Source: an uncultured Gammaproteobacteria bacterium
GTDB lineage: Bacteria; Patescibacteriota; Microgenomatia; Levybacterales; GWA1-39-11
DNA length: 64,000 nt
Reading direction: 5' to 3'
NCBI GenBank assembly: GCA_964427615.1
Contig: CAYRUR010000005.1
Location: 15,369 to 79,368, forward strand
In this document: positions 50,206-60,561 of the stretch, in pieces
Layout of the letters: every line of letters begins with the position of its first letter
Numbering within the stretch: position 1 is the first letter of the stretch
Translations under genes and position numbers: made by a program
Notes under the pieces: generated by a model
The model's database searches: none
Told to the model about the DNA's origin: nothing
The model's input: only the letters and a program-made list of their open reading frames with translations

Positions 50206-50733
50206 CTACCTAATATCTATCCAGTATCTTAATTTTTTAGGTCTTCCTTCAGTTGTTGTAACTGCATTTTCAAAAATTCCCCCATTTGCTTCGATAATCT
50301 TTTTGGATCCAATATTTGTCTCATCACACGTAACTAATACTTTGTCTAGCCCGATTTCTTTTGCTTTTGGTAAAGCTAACTCCAGTATCTTTTTGCCATA
50401 ACCCATTTTTCGTTTTGATGGACGGATATCATATCCAATGTGACCACCTTCTTTTAATAAAAATTCTGTTAAGACATGTCGAATAGATACTCTTCCAATA
50501 AATTCACCATTATCAACAAGCCAGTATGTTGTCTGAGGAACATATCCTTCAGGTAAGTCTTTGCCGTCAGATTCTGATAGCAATTTTGAAATATATGAAG
50601 GAAAATCATTTTCTAACTCTTCAATGTTAAGAGAGTAAATGTTTCTTCTGTCAGCTACTTTTACAGCATGATACTCCTTTACTGCCTTAAGAAAACTGTC
50701 TTTGTATGTAATGGTAGGTAGGATTAACTGCAT
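50206..50733 (-). CDS. GNAT-family N-acetyltransferase
   Basis: GGHIGYDIRPSKRKMGYG and NIGSKKIIEANGG motifs. Confidence 0.9.
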   Translation of the reverse strand: MQLILPTITYKDSFLKAVKEYHAVKVADRRNIYSLNIEELENDFPSYISKLLSESDGKDLPEGYVPQTTYWLVDNGEFIGRVSIRHVLTEFLLKEGGHIGYDIRPSKRKMGYGKKILELALPKAKEIGLDKVLVTCDETNIGSKKIIEANGGIFENAVTTTEGRPKKLRYWIDIR

Positions 50734-50802
50734 GTCCTCAATATATCAGAGTAGAGGCTAGAAATAAATAATTCATCATAAAGGTGGAGTATATACCAGT
50801 TT

Positions 50803-51675
50803 TTATGAAACACTTTTTAGAAAGTCTTTTACTGTTTTTATATAGTTTTCTTTTTCTTCTAAGTAGGCTGCGTGAGCGCTTTTTTTAAATACTTTTATTT
50901 GAGCATGAGGAAAAAGGCTAGCATAATACTGTGTTGTCTCAGGTGTTGCTTCATCGTACTTACCACAGAGTAACAAAACAGGAACTGTAATGTTGTGCAG
51001 CTTACTAGTAAGATCAAATCCTTTTAAATTTCCAGTACAATGAAATTCTGTAGGTCCCCACATGGTAAGGTAGACATCTAATCCTGCACCTTGAGCTGTT
51101 TTTTGCATTGGTTGTGGGAAAGGATCCATTCTGCAAAGATGTTTTTTGTAGAATGCTAGCGTTGCCTTTTTATACTCTTCAGAATCAGTGGTACCACTTG
51201 TTTCGTGTTGATTCAGAATGTTTTGAATCTTTAAAGGTAGCTTTTGTTTTAGTTTGTTGGCATCATCTATCCATTGTTTGACACTTAAGAAGGGGCCTGA
51301 GAGAATAAGACTTTTTACCCGTTTTGGATACTGCAATGCGTACATGACTGCTAGCATACTACCCCAAGAATGTCCAAGAAGATGCATATGATCAATGTTA
51401 AGTGTTTGTCTTATGGTCTCTAATTCATCAACAAACCTCTCTTTTTTCCATAAAGACTTGTCTTGTGGTCTATCAGATCTGCCACAACCAAGTTGATCAT
51501 AAAAGATAAGTTGGTTGTTTTTAGAAAGAGCATCAAGAGTCTGTAGTGCGTCTGAGGGAAAACCAGGGCCGCCATGCAGCATTACTAGAGGAGTCCCCTT
51601 TTTATTACCAACAATCTTGTACCAGACATTTCCACCCGTTACTTTGATATATCCTTCTTCAGTAGATTTAACCAT
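50803..51675 (-). CDS. Proline iminopeptidase-family alpha/beta hydrolase
   Basis: HGGPG, YDQLGCGRS, GHSWG, WGPTEF motifs. Confidence 0.9.
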   Translation of the reverse strand: MVKSTEEGYIKVTGGNVWYKIVGNKKGTPLVMLHGGPGFPSDALQTLDALSKNNQLIFYDQLGCGRSDRPQDKSLWKKERFVDELETIRQTLNIDHMHLLGHSWGSMLAVMYALQYPKRVKSLILSGPFLSVKQWIDDANKLKQKLPLKIQNILNQHETSGTTDSEEYKKATLAFYKKHLCRMDPFPQPMQKTAQGAGLDVYLTMWGPTEFHCTGNLKGFDLTSKLHNITVPVLLLCGKYDEATPETTQYYASLFPHAQIKVFKKSAHAAYLEEKENYIKTVKDFLKSVS

Positions 51676-51767
51676 TATCTGATTATATCACTCGTTAAAA
51701 ATATTCTGACACTATGAAAGCGGTGAACTAGATTTTAAATTTTGTCAGTTTTATTAGATTATAGCTG

Positions 51768-51796
51768 TTGACAGTATTAGTTTATGTGCTAAACTA
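51768..51796 (+). promoter_or_regulatory. Promoter with overlapping inverted repeat (probable MarR operator)
   Basis: TTGACA 51768-51773, 16 nt, TAAACT 51790-51795; palindrome TAGTTTA-N5-TAAACTA 51778-51796. Confidence 0.65.
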
Positions 51797-51819
51797 TTTA
51801 TTAGTTAAACTTGTATAAT

Positions 51820-52260
51820 ATGCATAACACACCCGATATAGAACGTCTTTTTAATACTATGCTGCAGCTTGGTAAGCTTGTCTCGCAGCAAGCTCAAGAG
51901 AGTCACATGCAGAGAACGGCAACCATGCTGCAATTTTCAGCGCTTCATTTTTTGAAAGAACAGCCAAATGTGACCGTAAGTGATCTGGCTCAATTCCTAC
52001 AGCTTTCAAGATCATCAGCTACTCAACTGATAGAGAGACTAGTAAAATCAGGTTTTGTACAACGGGTTAATGACAAAAAGGACAGACGTATCACAAGACT
52101 GGTTATAACAAAACTTGGTGAAAAAGAATTTATTATGCTCAAAGGAAAATTAATGAAAAAAATGCAAAAGGTCTTTTCAAAAATCCCTGAAAAAGACATA
52201 AAGGAGCTTATCAGGATTCACACAAATTTGGTGGAGACATTGAAAAAAGAACAACCATAA
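51820..52260 (+). CDS. MarR-family transcriptional regulator
   Basis: wHTH with VSDLA..L.LSRSSATQLIERL..G.V.R..D..DRR. Confidence 0.9.
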   Translation: MHNTPDIERLFNTMLQLGKLVSQQAQESHMQRTATMLQFSALHFLKEQPNVTVSDLAQFLQLSRSSATQLIERLVKSGFVQRVNDKKDRRITRLVITKLGEKEFIMLKGKLMKKMQKVFSKIPEKDIKELIRIHTNLVETLKKEQP

Positions 52261-52266
52261 CCATAT

Positions 52267-53583
52267 ATGAATAAATTAAAAAATAGTTTTACGTTTACTA
52301 AAATATCTATTAAAAAGTTTCGCAAAACAAGAACTCGCAATAAAGTACTTATTGTTGCGGGTTTGATTATGTTTGCTTTTGTAAGTATAAGGCAGATTAA
52401 AAATGCAAACGCTCAACCCTTGTATACAACAGTACCGGTGGAGAGAGGAAGTATTGTCCAAATTGTTTCAGAAACTGGCAATGTCGATACTGCAGGAAGG
52501 GCAGATGTGTACTCTGCTGCAACAGGAGTGATTGAGGAATTATATGTAAAAAATAACGATCATGTTGTTGTAAATCAAAATCTTTTCAAAGTTCGTAGTA
52601 CTGCAACGGATCAGGAAAAAGCGACTGCATACGCCAACTACATGAATGCTATGAGTGCACAAAAAACAGCAGAGCAGAACAAACAGAATCTGGATGCAGC
52701 TATGTGGGCAAAGCATCAGGCGCTTCTAGATGCAAGGAATACAAAAAACTATAAAGATGATAACAAGCAGAATCCCGCAACAAAGGAAGATTATACAGAT
52801 CTTGAAAAGCAAAGCATTGATACTGCCTTAATCCAGGCAGAAAAAAACTTTGCCGCTTCAGAGCAGCAATATAAAGAAGCAGATTTGGCTGTAACTGCGG
52901 CAGCAGCACAGGTAAGTGCAGCCTGGTTTGCGTACCAGGCAACACAAGATATTATTGTAAAAGCTCCTACTGCTGGTACTGTGGCTAATTTATCATTTAC
53001 CCTAGGTGACACTGTATCTGCAGCTGGCATGTTATCAGGGGGCGCTTCTACAGCACAGCAAGGGGTTGCAGAATCAAGACCTGTTCTTACTATAGCAAAT
53101 CTTTCAAATTATTCTGTAAAAGTCGCCTTAAATGAATTTGATGTGCCAAAGGTGAGAGAAGGACAAACGGCAGTTGTAACCCTTGATGCATTTCCGGGAG
53201 AAAGATTCCAGGGAAGAGTAACTCACGTTGATGCTTTAGGGACGAATAACTCAGGAGTTATTACGTATGTGGTAATGGTTCAAATATTAGATCCTGAGGA
53301 ATCAATTCGTCCTGAAATGACAGCAAATGTAGATATAGAAGTGGATAATAAAGAAGGAGTATTAACAGTCCCCAATAATGCTATAAAACCTTATCAAGGA
53401 AGCAAAGCAGTACAAGTTATTGATCCACACGGTAAAAAGCCGAAATACATTCCTGTTTCAGTAGGTATTAAAAGTCCTGAATATACAGAGATTACGAATG
53501 GAGTGTCAGAAGGAATGCAAGTGATAACGGGTATAAAAAATAATGCGCCAACAGTATCTAGTGGAGGACCTTTTGGGAGGTAG
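52267..53583 (+). CDS. Efflux membrane-fusion (MacA/YknX-like) protein
   Basis: N-terminal TM, helical hairpin, VKAPTAGTV, RPEMTA motifs. Confidence 0.88.
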   Translation: MNKLKNSFTFTKISIKKFRKTRTRNKVLIVAGLIMFAFVSIRQIKNANAQPLYTTVPVERGSIVQIVSETGNVDTAGRADVYSAATGVIEELYVKNNDHVVVNQNLFKVRSTATDQEKATAYANYMNAMSAQKTAEQNKQNLDAAMWAKHQALLDARNTKNYKDDNKQNPATKEDYTDLEKQSIDTALIQAEKNFAASEQQYKEADLAVTAAAAQVSAAWFAYQATQDIIVKAPTAGTVANLSFTLGDTVSAAGMLSGGASTAQQGVAESRPVLTIANLSNYSVKVALNEFDVPKVREGQTAVVTLDAFPGERFQGRVTHVDALGTNNSGVITYVVMVQILDPEESIRPEMTANVDIEVDNKEGVLTVPNNAIKPYQGSKAVQVIDPHGKKPKYIPVSVGIKSPEYTEITNGVSEGMQVITGIKNNAPTVSSGGPFGR

Positions 53584-53590
53584 TCCTGGT

Positions 53591-54289
53591 ATGAAAAAGA
53601 GGTTTCCTCTAATTTCAATCCAGCAGGTAGTTAAAGTTTATGGGAGTGGCGATGACGCTTATCAAGCTCTAAAAGGAGTATCTCTTGATATTTACACAGG
53701 AGAATTTGTTGCAATTATGGGTCCTTCTGGAAGTGGTAAGTCTACCATGATGAATATTTTAGGAGCTCTTGATACGGTTACCAGTGGCCATTATTTTTTT
53801 AAGGGCAAGGATATCAGCTCTTACAGTAGTGATGAATTAGCGCACATTAGAAATCGTGAGATAGGTTTTATTTTTCAGTCTTTTAATTTACTTCCTCGTA
53901 CAACCGTGCTTAAGAATGTTGAACGACCTATGATGTATGCTGGTGTACCTGCAAAGGAACGTGAAGAACGAGCATTAGTCTGTCTTGATTTGGTTCATAT
54001 TAAATCAAAGGCATATAACATGTCCAATCATATTTCAGGAGGACAAATTCAGAGAGTGGCTATTGCGCGAGCACTGGTAATGCATCCTTCTATTATTCTG
54101 GCTGATGAGCCAACAGGTAATTTAGACAGTAAAACAGCCCATGAAATTATGGCATTTTTTCAGCAGTTGAATAGGGAGGGTCATACGATTGTGCTGATTA
54201 CACATGAAGATGATATTGCAGCATTTGCAAAACGGGTTATTCGCATAAAAGACGGAGAAATTGTTTCTGATACAGAAAATAAATCATGA
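53591..54289 (+). CDS. MacB/LolD-type ABC ATP-binding protein
   Basis: GPSGSGKST, IGFIFQSFNL, ISGGQ, ADEPTGNLD motifs. Confidence 0.92.
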   Translation: MKKRFPLISIQQVVKVYGSGDDAYQALKGVSLDIYTGEFVAIMGPSGSGKSTMMNILGALDTVTSGHYFFKGKDISSYSSDELAHIRNREIGFIFQSFNLLPRTTVLKNVERPMMYAGVPAKEREERALVCLDLVHIKSKAYNMSNHISGGQIQRVAIARALVMHPSIILADEPTGNLDSKTAHEIMAFFQQLNREGHTIVLITHEDDIAAFAKRVIRIKDGEIVSDTENKS

Positions 54290-55506
54290 ATTATAAAGAG
54301 TTAATTACATCTGCAATTGCTGCTTTGAGAAGCAACATCTTCAGGACGCTGTTGACGATGTTAGGTATTATTATCGGTATTTCTTCAGTAATCTTGATTA
54401 TTTCTTTAGGTCAAGGTGCTACCCAAAGTATTATGGGGCAGCTTGCTTTGTTTGGTACAAATACGATTTTTATAGCGCCAGGATCAAGTGAGGGAACGGC
54501 AGGACCTCCGCAGGGTCAGTTAGAATCATTGACTTATGAAGATGCACAGGCTATTACGGATGAAGGACAAATACAAAATGTTCAGGAAGCTTCAGCAATT
54601 GTCTCAAGGCCACTGCAAGTGAATGCTAATGGACAGACGGTTAATACTACGCTTCAGGGAGTAGAACCTGGCTATGCAGTCATTCAGTCATTGGAGGTAT
54701 CGCAGGGAGAGTTTTTAACAAAAGAAGATGCAGATAGCTTGTCTCGTGTTGTTGTTTTGGGGTCTAAGGTTGCTACTGATTTGTTTGGAGAAGGAGCTGA
54801 ACCGGTAGGTGAATCAGTAAAAATAGACAGCCGATCATTTAGAATTGTTGGGGTACTTCAACAGAAAGATAGTAGTGTTTTTTCTGATCCAAATAGTGCG
54901 GTTTATATTCCTGTGACTACTGCAATGAAAGTTGTCCTCGGACAGAATTACGTTTCCTCAATTTTAGTACAAGCAGAAAATGCAGACCTTATTAATCAAA
55001 CAGTGGATGATATTACTGCTTTGCTTGTTCAGCGTCATAGTATTTTTGAAGGAAAAGTGAAGGATTTTTCAATAGAAAGTTCCAAACAAGCATTACAAAT
55101 AGTTGACACAGTAACAGGACTTCTTACCTTACTGCTTGCTGGCATTGCTGGTATTTCTTTAGTTGTTGGAGGCATTGGTATTATGAATATAATGCTTGTC
55201 ACCGTAACTGAACGCACAAAAGAAATAGGGTTATTGAAAGCAATTGGAGCAAGAGATCGGGATGTATTAAGACAGTTCCTTATTGAAGCTGTTGTACTTA
55301 CTCTTTCTGGAGGAGTAATAGGTATAGTGCTGGGTATTCTGCTTTCATTTCTTATTTCAAGTGTTATTCATATTCCTTTTGTTATTTCATTTTCAGCTAT
55401 TTTTCTTGCAGTAGGAGTTTCATCTGCGGTGGGTATTTTATTTGGGTATTATCCAGCACAAAGAGCGGCAAAACTATCTCCAATTGATGCTTTACGCTAC
55501 GAGTAA
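54286..55506 (+). CDS. MacB-type ABC permease
   Basis: RTLLTMLGIIIG, GGIGIMNIML...ERTKEIG, PIDALRYE motifs. Confidence 0.92.
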   Translation: MNYKELITSAIAALRSNIFRTLLTMLGIIIGISSVILIISLGQGATQSIMGQLALFGTNTIFIAPGSSEGTAGPPQGQLESLTYEDAQAITDEGQIQNVQEASAIVSRPLQVNANGQTVNTTLQGVEPGYAVIQSLEVSQGEFLTKEDADSLSRVVVLGSKVATDLFGEGAEPVGESVKIDSRSFRIVGVLQQKDSSVFSDPNSAVYIPVTTAMKVVLGQNYVSSILVQAENADLINQTVDDITALLVQRHSIFEGKVKDFSIESSKQALQIVDTVTGLLTLLLAGIAGISLVVGGIGIMNIMLVTVTERTKEIGLLKAIGARDRDVLRQFLIEAVVLTLSGGVIGIVLGILLSFLISSVIHIPFVISFSAIFLAVGVSSAVGILFGYYPAQRAAKLSPIDALRYE

Positions 55507-55525
55507 TAGTACATGTGAGTTGCGG

Positions 55526-55792
55526 TTATATGTTTGGAGTTAAAGATGCTGTTACGAGTTCTTCTTTTTTGGCTTTTGTTAACTTCTTTAACTGGCTTTC
55601 TCTTCGCATTGCCTCCGATCGTGAATCATGTATTTCTGTATAAACTAGTTGGAAAGAAGAAAAGGATCTGACGTATTTTGATGATTTTTTATTTTTTCCC
55701 TGATGTTCTCTTATTCTTCTTATTACATTATTTGTCTGTCCAATATAGAGCGTGTTGGAAGAAGTACGTAAAATGTAGACAAAATAGAGCAT
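55526..55792 (-). CDS. GIY-YIG nuclease (UPF0213-like)
   Basis: FVYIL...LYIGQT, R..EH, AMRRESQLK motifs. Confidence 0.88.
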   Translation of the reverse strand: MLYFVYILRTSSNTLYIGQTNNVIRRIREHQGKNKKSSKYVRSFSSFQLVYTEIHDSRSEAMRRESQLKKLTKAKKEELVTASLTPNI

Positions 55793-55793
55793 A

Positions 55794-56333
55794 TTAGCGG
55801 TGATAGTAACTTTTTTGAGGTGAGAATATTTGTACAAAAGCATTGCGCACTGCTTCCTCAAGACTCACATCTCTAATAATCATTTTTTCAGAATATGTTC
55901 CCCATGTATCATCATTGTTAATCCTTCCCTCTTCCTTATCCAGTATGTTCATTACTTTAAAATGAGGGAGGTTTGTCTCATGCATTTTTCTAAGAATAAA
56001 ATCAGGCAGTTTTAGTCCACTAGAGTAACCATAATATTCTTTTCCGTCTTTATTGATAGCACACGCCCACGCTTCTTCAAAAATATGCCCACATCTTTCT
56101 ACTAATCCACTTTCAAGTCCCACAAAATATTCGGCCTCTGGTATTTTTGCTTTACATTCCAAAGCTCTATTTTTGGCACCTATACACGTTTCTTCGTTCC
56201 AGGGTGTTTCAGATACGAGAGATTTTGAGGGATGGGGGATAATTTCTATTTCTTTTTCTTCTAAAAAAAATGAAAGGGCTGATTTTACAACAGAAGCTTT
56301 TCTTTTGCTCATTGTTCCGAGGGCTATGTTCAT
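55794..56333 (-). CDS. YjjX/DUF84-family inosine/xanthosine triphosphatase-like protein
   Basis: IALGT, S.VSETP..ET..GAKNRA, GLESG motifs. Confidence 0.8.
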   Translation of the reverse strand: MNIALGTMSKRKASVVKSALSFFLEEKEIEIIPHPSKSLVSETPWNEETCIGAKNRALECKAKIPEAEYFVGLESGLVERCGHIFEEAWACAINKDGKEYYGYSSGLKLPDFILRKMHETNLPHFKVMNILDKEEGRINNDDTWGTYSEKMIIRDVSLEEAVRNAFVQIFSPQKSYYHR

Positions 56334-56375
56334 AAAATGATTATATTACATTGCTATGAGCTTTACTATTTGGAC

Positions 56376-57137
56376 TTAAGCAGTCATTTTTTTAAGTGAT
56401 TTGATGGCTAGCCATACGCTGAAAAAGGCAAAAATACCCATGATCAAAAATCCTTCAATAACTGTTCTATCACCAAAGTTTCCTAAAAAGAGTGAGCGAG
56501 CTGCTTCTACTGCATAGTAGAAAGGATTGAAGTGAGCAGCAGTTTTTAACCATTCAGGAGCAAGAGAAATAGGAAGCATGATGCCTGATAAGAGCATAAT
56601 GGGAAGAAAGAGCGTATTAACCAAAGACGCAAGTCCAGTCTCATCTCTGGTAGCAATAGAAATGGTATAGGAAAAAGAGGACATACTTATTCCAATTAAC
56701 ATAACCAGAACCAACGAAAGAATTACTGCCATAAAAGAGACTTTTAATCCCAAAAGAAGCGCGATGACAAGTAAAAGAGTTGATTGTAAAAAGAGAGCCA
56801 CTATTTGGTTGAGTACAAGACCTAATAGAACAGCAGCTCGGCTTGTTGGAGTAACTAGAATTCTTGTAATAAAACCTTCGCGTATTTCAGGAATAAAGCC
56901 AAATCCGGCAAAAAGGGTGGAGATAGCGATGATAACAAGCATTCCTGGGACAAAAATCTGAGCGATCTGCCCTAGTGGTAATGCAGATGGACCGCCTAAA
57001 TTTTTAAGAAGCGGCATATAGAGAAGCAGATAGAGTACTGGTTGTAGCATACCTAAAAAGAGCCACACAGGAGATCTGAGTGTCTTTTTAAGGTTTCTCA
57101 TGAAGAGTAATTGTGTATCTTGGATCATTTTTATCAT
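56376..57137 (-). CDS. ABC-2 type permease (DrrB-like)
   Basis: 6 TM segments, LSGIMLP, NPFYYAVEAAR motifs. Confidence 0.88.
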   Translation of the reverse strand: MIKMIQDTQLLFMRNLKKTLRSPVWLFLGMLQPVLYLLLYMPLLKNLGGPSALPLGQIAQIFVPGMLVIIAISTLFAGFGFIPEIREGFITRILVTPTSRAAVLLGLVLNQIVALFLQSTLLLVIALLLGLKVSFMAVILSLVLVMLIGISMSSFSYTISIATRDETGLASLVNTLFLPIMLLSGIMLPISLAPEWLKTAAHFNPFYYAVEAARSLFLGNFGDRTVIEGFLIMGIFAFFSVWLAIKSLKKMTA

Positions 57138-58117
57138 TACGCATTGCCTCCTTCTCTGAGTGATCTTCCGGTATGTTGTAAGAAAACATCATCAAGAGAT
57201 GGTTTTGATAATTCAATTGTTTGGATAGAGATATTATTTTTGTCTAAAAAGCGGAGTACATCGGCAAGTAACTTTTCTCCTTCTTTAACATACAAATGGA
57301 GATTATTTTCATGGTCGTACAATTTACTCACGTATTTTTCTTTTTCCATAAGCTTTTTGGCTTTTTGGAGATCTTTTGTATTATTTATTCCTACCACAAT
57401 GCTTTCCCCGCCAGTTTGACGTTTTAGTTCATTTGGTGATCCTTCAGCAACTATGGTGCCATGATCAACGATAGCTAGATAATCACACAAGTTATCCGCC
57501 TCATCCAGGTAATGAGTGGTTAAAAAAATAGTTGTTCCATCTTTTTTTATATCTCTAATTTCATTCCAAAAATGGGCACGGCTTTGAGGGTCAAGACCAG
57601 TAGTTGGTTCATCAAGAAAGATAATTGCTGGTTTATGAATAAGTCCAAGTGCCAGGTCTAGGCGTCTTCTTTGTCCACCAGAATAAGAGGTCACTTTACG
57701 GTCAGCAAATTCTGATAATTCAAATCTCTTCAAAAGATCTTTTGTTCTTTTTTCGGCTGTTGATTGGCTGAGCCCATACAGTCGTGCTTGTAAAATAAGA
57801 TTTTCAATTGCATTGGTACTAGTATCTGATCCTCCTGCCTGAGAAACGTATCCTATGTGTTTGCGGATTTCCTGAGGTTGTTTAAGCAGATCAAAACCTA
57901 CTACTTCTGCTTCACCACTGGTAGGAGTAAGAAGGGTAGTCAGCATTTGAAGTGATGTTGTTTTACCTGCTCCGTTGGGACCTAAAAACCCAAAGATCTT
58001 ACCCTTTTTGACAGTCAGATCAATGCCTTTCACTGCTTCGACAACGTCTTTCCCTTTTTTGGTAATAAACGTTTTACGCAGTCCTTTTGTAGTGAGAATA
58101 ATGTCGTCTTTTGGCAT
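57137..58117 (-). CDS. ABC exporter ATP-binding protein (DrrA-like)
   Basis: GPNGAGKT, YSGGQRRR, DEPTTGLD, LDDVFL motifs. Confidence 0.92.
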   Translation of the reverse strand: MPKDDIILTTKGLRKTFITKKGKDVVEAVKGIDLTVKKGKIFGFLGPNGAGKTTSLQMLTTLLTPTSGEAEVVGFDLLKQPQEIRKHIGYVSQAGGSDTSTNAIENLILQARLYGLSQSTAEKRTKDLLKRFELSEFADRKVTSYSGGQRRRLDLALGLIHKPAIIFLDEPTTGLDPQSRAHFWNEIRDIKKDGTTIFLTTHYLDEADNLCDYLAIVDHGTIVAEGSPNELKRQTGGESIVVGINNTKDLQKAKKLMEKEKYVSKLYDHENNLHLYVKEGEKLLADVLRFLDKNNISIQTIELSKPSLDDVFLQHTGRSLREGGNA

Positions 58118-58139
58118 GGTTGGCTGTATATTATACTCA

Positions 58140-59570
58140 TTATCTTTCCATTTTTTGCAAGGTTAACAACTTTGCAAATTGTTCTTCAAGATAAGCAAAG
58201 TCTTCTTTATGCAAAGATCCAAAGTAGTATTTTTCAAGTGCCTCATATCCTGATTTGCGCAAGGCAAACCATGATTCCATTACTTCTCCATTAAAAATTT
58301 CATACCGTTGTCCGTCAACTTCAATTTTTTTAATTTTTTTATCCTTAAAATGAGCGTTTATGGTTTCAGCAAGGGTAGTGATGTCATCTGCTTTCTTATC
58401 AGCAAGTGGAAAGGAGCCCTGTGTTCTTTGTCCATCTGGATATTTTTTCGTTAGTTTTGAAAGAGAACCATTCATACTCATCCAATACAAAATGAGTGCA
58501 ATGGAGAAAACACCCGAGTCAGTCATAAAAAAGTCCTTAAAGTAAAAATGGCCTACATTTTCAACACCAATATCAATTTTTCCTTCCTTTACTAGTTGAC
58601 GTACTAAAGATCTACCAACAGGAATAGGGGTGATTTTTATTTTTTCATGTGTCATCCTGTTAATTTCTGTTACTGCGTTATACAGAGATGGTCCTGTCTC
58701 AACGGCATAGCCTATGGTGCGTGTTGAAAGTCCTAGCATCACACTGCTTTGAGTGAGTGCAGTAGCAAGCACTGATCCGTTCAGATACTGCCCCTTCTCA
58801 TCTACTGCTAACACTCTGTCAGCATCACTATCAAAAGCAAATCCTGCATCATATCTGCCTTCCTGCATTTTTTCAATCAACTGCTGCATGTTTTTTACTT
58901 CTGAAGGATCAGTAGTGTGGGCAGTGTCTTGGTTATAGAGGCCTCTATCATTAAGGCGTGTTATTGTTATTTGAGGCAAGAGAGTCTCCAAAATGTTTAA
59001 GGCTTTTGTTCCTGAGCCGTCTCCTAAATCTACCACTATTTTTGCTGGCTTTATTTCATGTAATGGGATAAGTGTCTGTATTTTTTTCCTATACAGTTGT
59101 TCTATCTCAGGTAAAAAGTCTTTGTAATCTGTAAGTGAAATAGCAGGTTGTAAGTAAGGAGTATTTTTTACTTGGTGATATGCTGCTACAATTTTTTCAA
59201 CCTTCTTTCCTTGTAGTGAAACTCCTTTTTTTGTGTGTACTAATAGCCCTGTCCATTCCCAAGTATTGTGTGACCCAGTAAACATAACCGAAAGATCAAA
59301 ATTAAATGAAAAGGCACCAGCAGTTACGTAATCAATTGAGACTTTGTCTAAAAAATAGATTTCAATATTAGTGTCTTTGAGGGCATTTATAAAATTAAGG
59401 GCAAGACTTTTACTGGATTCTCTTGTATCCCAGCCTAAGAGGATTTTTTTTAAAGGTAGAACTTTTTGAAATGCCTTTGCCAGATAATAGGCATCCTGGT
59501 CGGTGAGGTCTTTACCATAGACTCCTCGAAAATCAAACTTTTTAACAAATGGAGGGTTGGGCAGATCCAT
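58140..59570 (-). CDS. Phosphomannomutase/phosphoglucomutase-family protein
   Basis: DFRGVY, TGSHN phosphoserine loop, FDSDADR metal loop. Confidence 0.82.
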   Translation of the reverse strand: MDLPNPPFVKKFDFRGVYGKDLTDQDAYYLAKAFQKVLPLKKILLGWDTRESSKSLALNFINALKDTNIEIYFLDKVSIDYVTAGAFSFNFDLSVMFTGSHNTWEWTGLLVHTKKGVSLQGKKVEKIVAAYHQVKNTPYLQPAISLTDYKDFLPEIEQLYRKKIQTLIPLHEIKPAKIVVDLGDGSGTKALNILETLLPQITITRLNDRGLYNQDTAHTTDPSEVKNMQQLIEKMQEGRYDAGFAFDSDADRVLAVDEKGQYLNGSVLATALTQSSVMLGLSTRTIGYAVETGPSLYNAVTEINRMTHEKIKITPIPVGRSLVRQLVKEGKIDIGVENVGHFYFKDFFMTDSGVFSIALILYWMSMNGSLSKLTKKYPDGQRTQGSFPLADKKADDITTLAETINAHFKDKKIKKIEVDGQRYEIFNGEVMESWFALRKSGYEALEKYYFGSLHKEDFAYLEEQFAKLLTLQKMER

Positions 59571-59630
59571 AATTATTTTTATCGTTCTTATAGCATTATA
59601 AAGGGAGGGGAGGTAAAAAGCTATTGTTTC

Positions 59631-60251
59631 TTAGCTTAAATACGTTTGTAACTTTTGAGGAGAGTGGATAAGAGCATCTGCGTTGCTTGTTTTTAGTCTA
59701 TCAGCAGAATGAAATCCCCATGTTACTGCAATAGTATGTATGGGAAGCTCCTCAACTTCTTTAATGTCTCCGATTGTATCAGTAACAAAATACACATCTT
59801 GCCACTTAAGATTATGCTGAGCGACATACTTTTGTATTTTGTCTTTTTTATTACCAGGAGTTTCTGCGCCAATAATATCTTCAAATGCAGCATGTATGTC
59901 TTCTAGTTCTAAGAGGTGCTTTACCAAATCTGCATGGCTTGAGGTAATAATAACAAGGTTATTTTTTTTTGAAAGAGACTGGATACATTCCTTTATCCCT
60001 TCAAAAAATGACATTTCTTCATTTCGCGTTATTAATTCTTCTTTCAGTACAGATAAAAAGAGCTCCTTTGTTTTACCTTTTACCCCTAGTTCTTCATATC
60101 TTTCCCAGACATTTCCTTCAAATAAATCTTGGAATTTTTCTCTAGTAATCTGAGGAATACTATGCTCTCTATGCAATTTCTGGATAATATTCAGAGCAAT
60201 ATCAAATGAATCAAGAATTACACCATCAAAATCAAAAATAATTGTTTTCAT
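59631..60251 (-). CDS. HAD-family hydrolase
   Basis: FDFDGVILDS, D..GD, VTWG motifs; ATG 60251. Confidence 0.88.
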   Translation of the reverse strand: MKTIIFDFDGVILDSFDIALNIIQKLHREHSIPQITREKFQDLFEGNVWERYEELGVKGKTKELFLSVLKEELITRNEEMSFFEGIKECIQSLSKKNNLVIITSSHADLVKHLLELEDIHAAFEDIIGAETPGNKKDKIQKYVAQHNLKWQDVYFVTDTIGDIKEVEELPIHTIAVTWGFHSADRLKTSNADALIHSPQKLQTYLS

Positions 60252-60293
60252 AATATTATTATCAAAAGCTTTCTTTTGTACCTTCAATAAGTG

Positions 60294-60554
60294 TCAGAGA
60301 GCCTTAGCTTTCTTTTCTCTTTCTTTCATTTTCGCAAGGGTAGTGGTAATGTATTTGTTATAGCCTTCAGGGCTCATCCAGCCTTTTGGACAGGCGACGA
60401 CTTGTAAGTCAGAGCTTGAAAAAATGAGAAATTGATGAGTCTTGCTTATTTTGCGTCTTACTCTAACTTTATATTTATTTCCTTGTACATCTCGCACTCG
60501 TCCAATTCTTCCGTCCGGGATGGTTACACAGTCTCCTTTATGAATACTACCCAT
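60294..60554 (-). CDS. Small basic hypothetical protein (KOW/SH3-like N-terminus)
   Basis: GDCVTIPDGRIGRV pattern; TATAAT 6 nt upstream of the ATG. Confidence 0.6.
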   Translation of the reverse strand: MGSIHKGDCVTIPDGRIGRVRDVQGNKYKVRVRRKISKTHQFLIFSSSDLQVVACPKGWMSPEGYNKYITTTLAKMKEREKKAKAL

Positions 60555-60561
60555 ATTTATA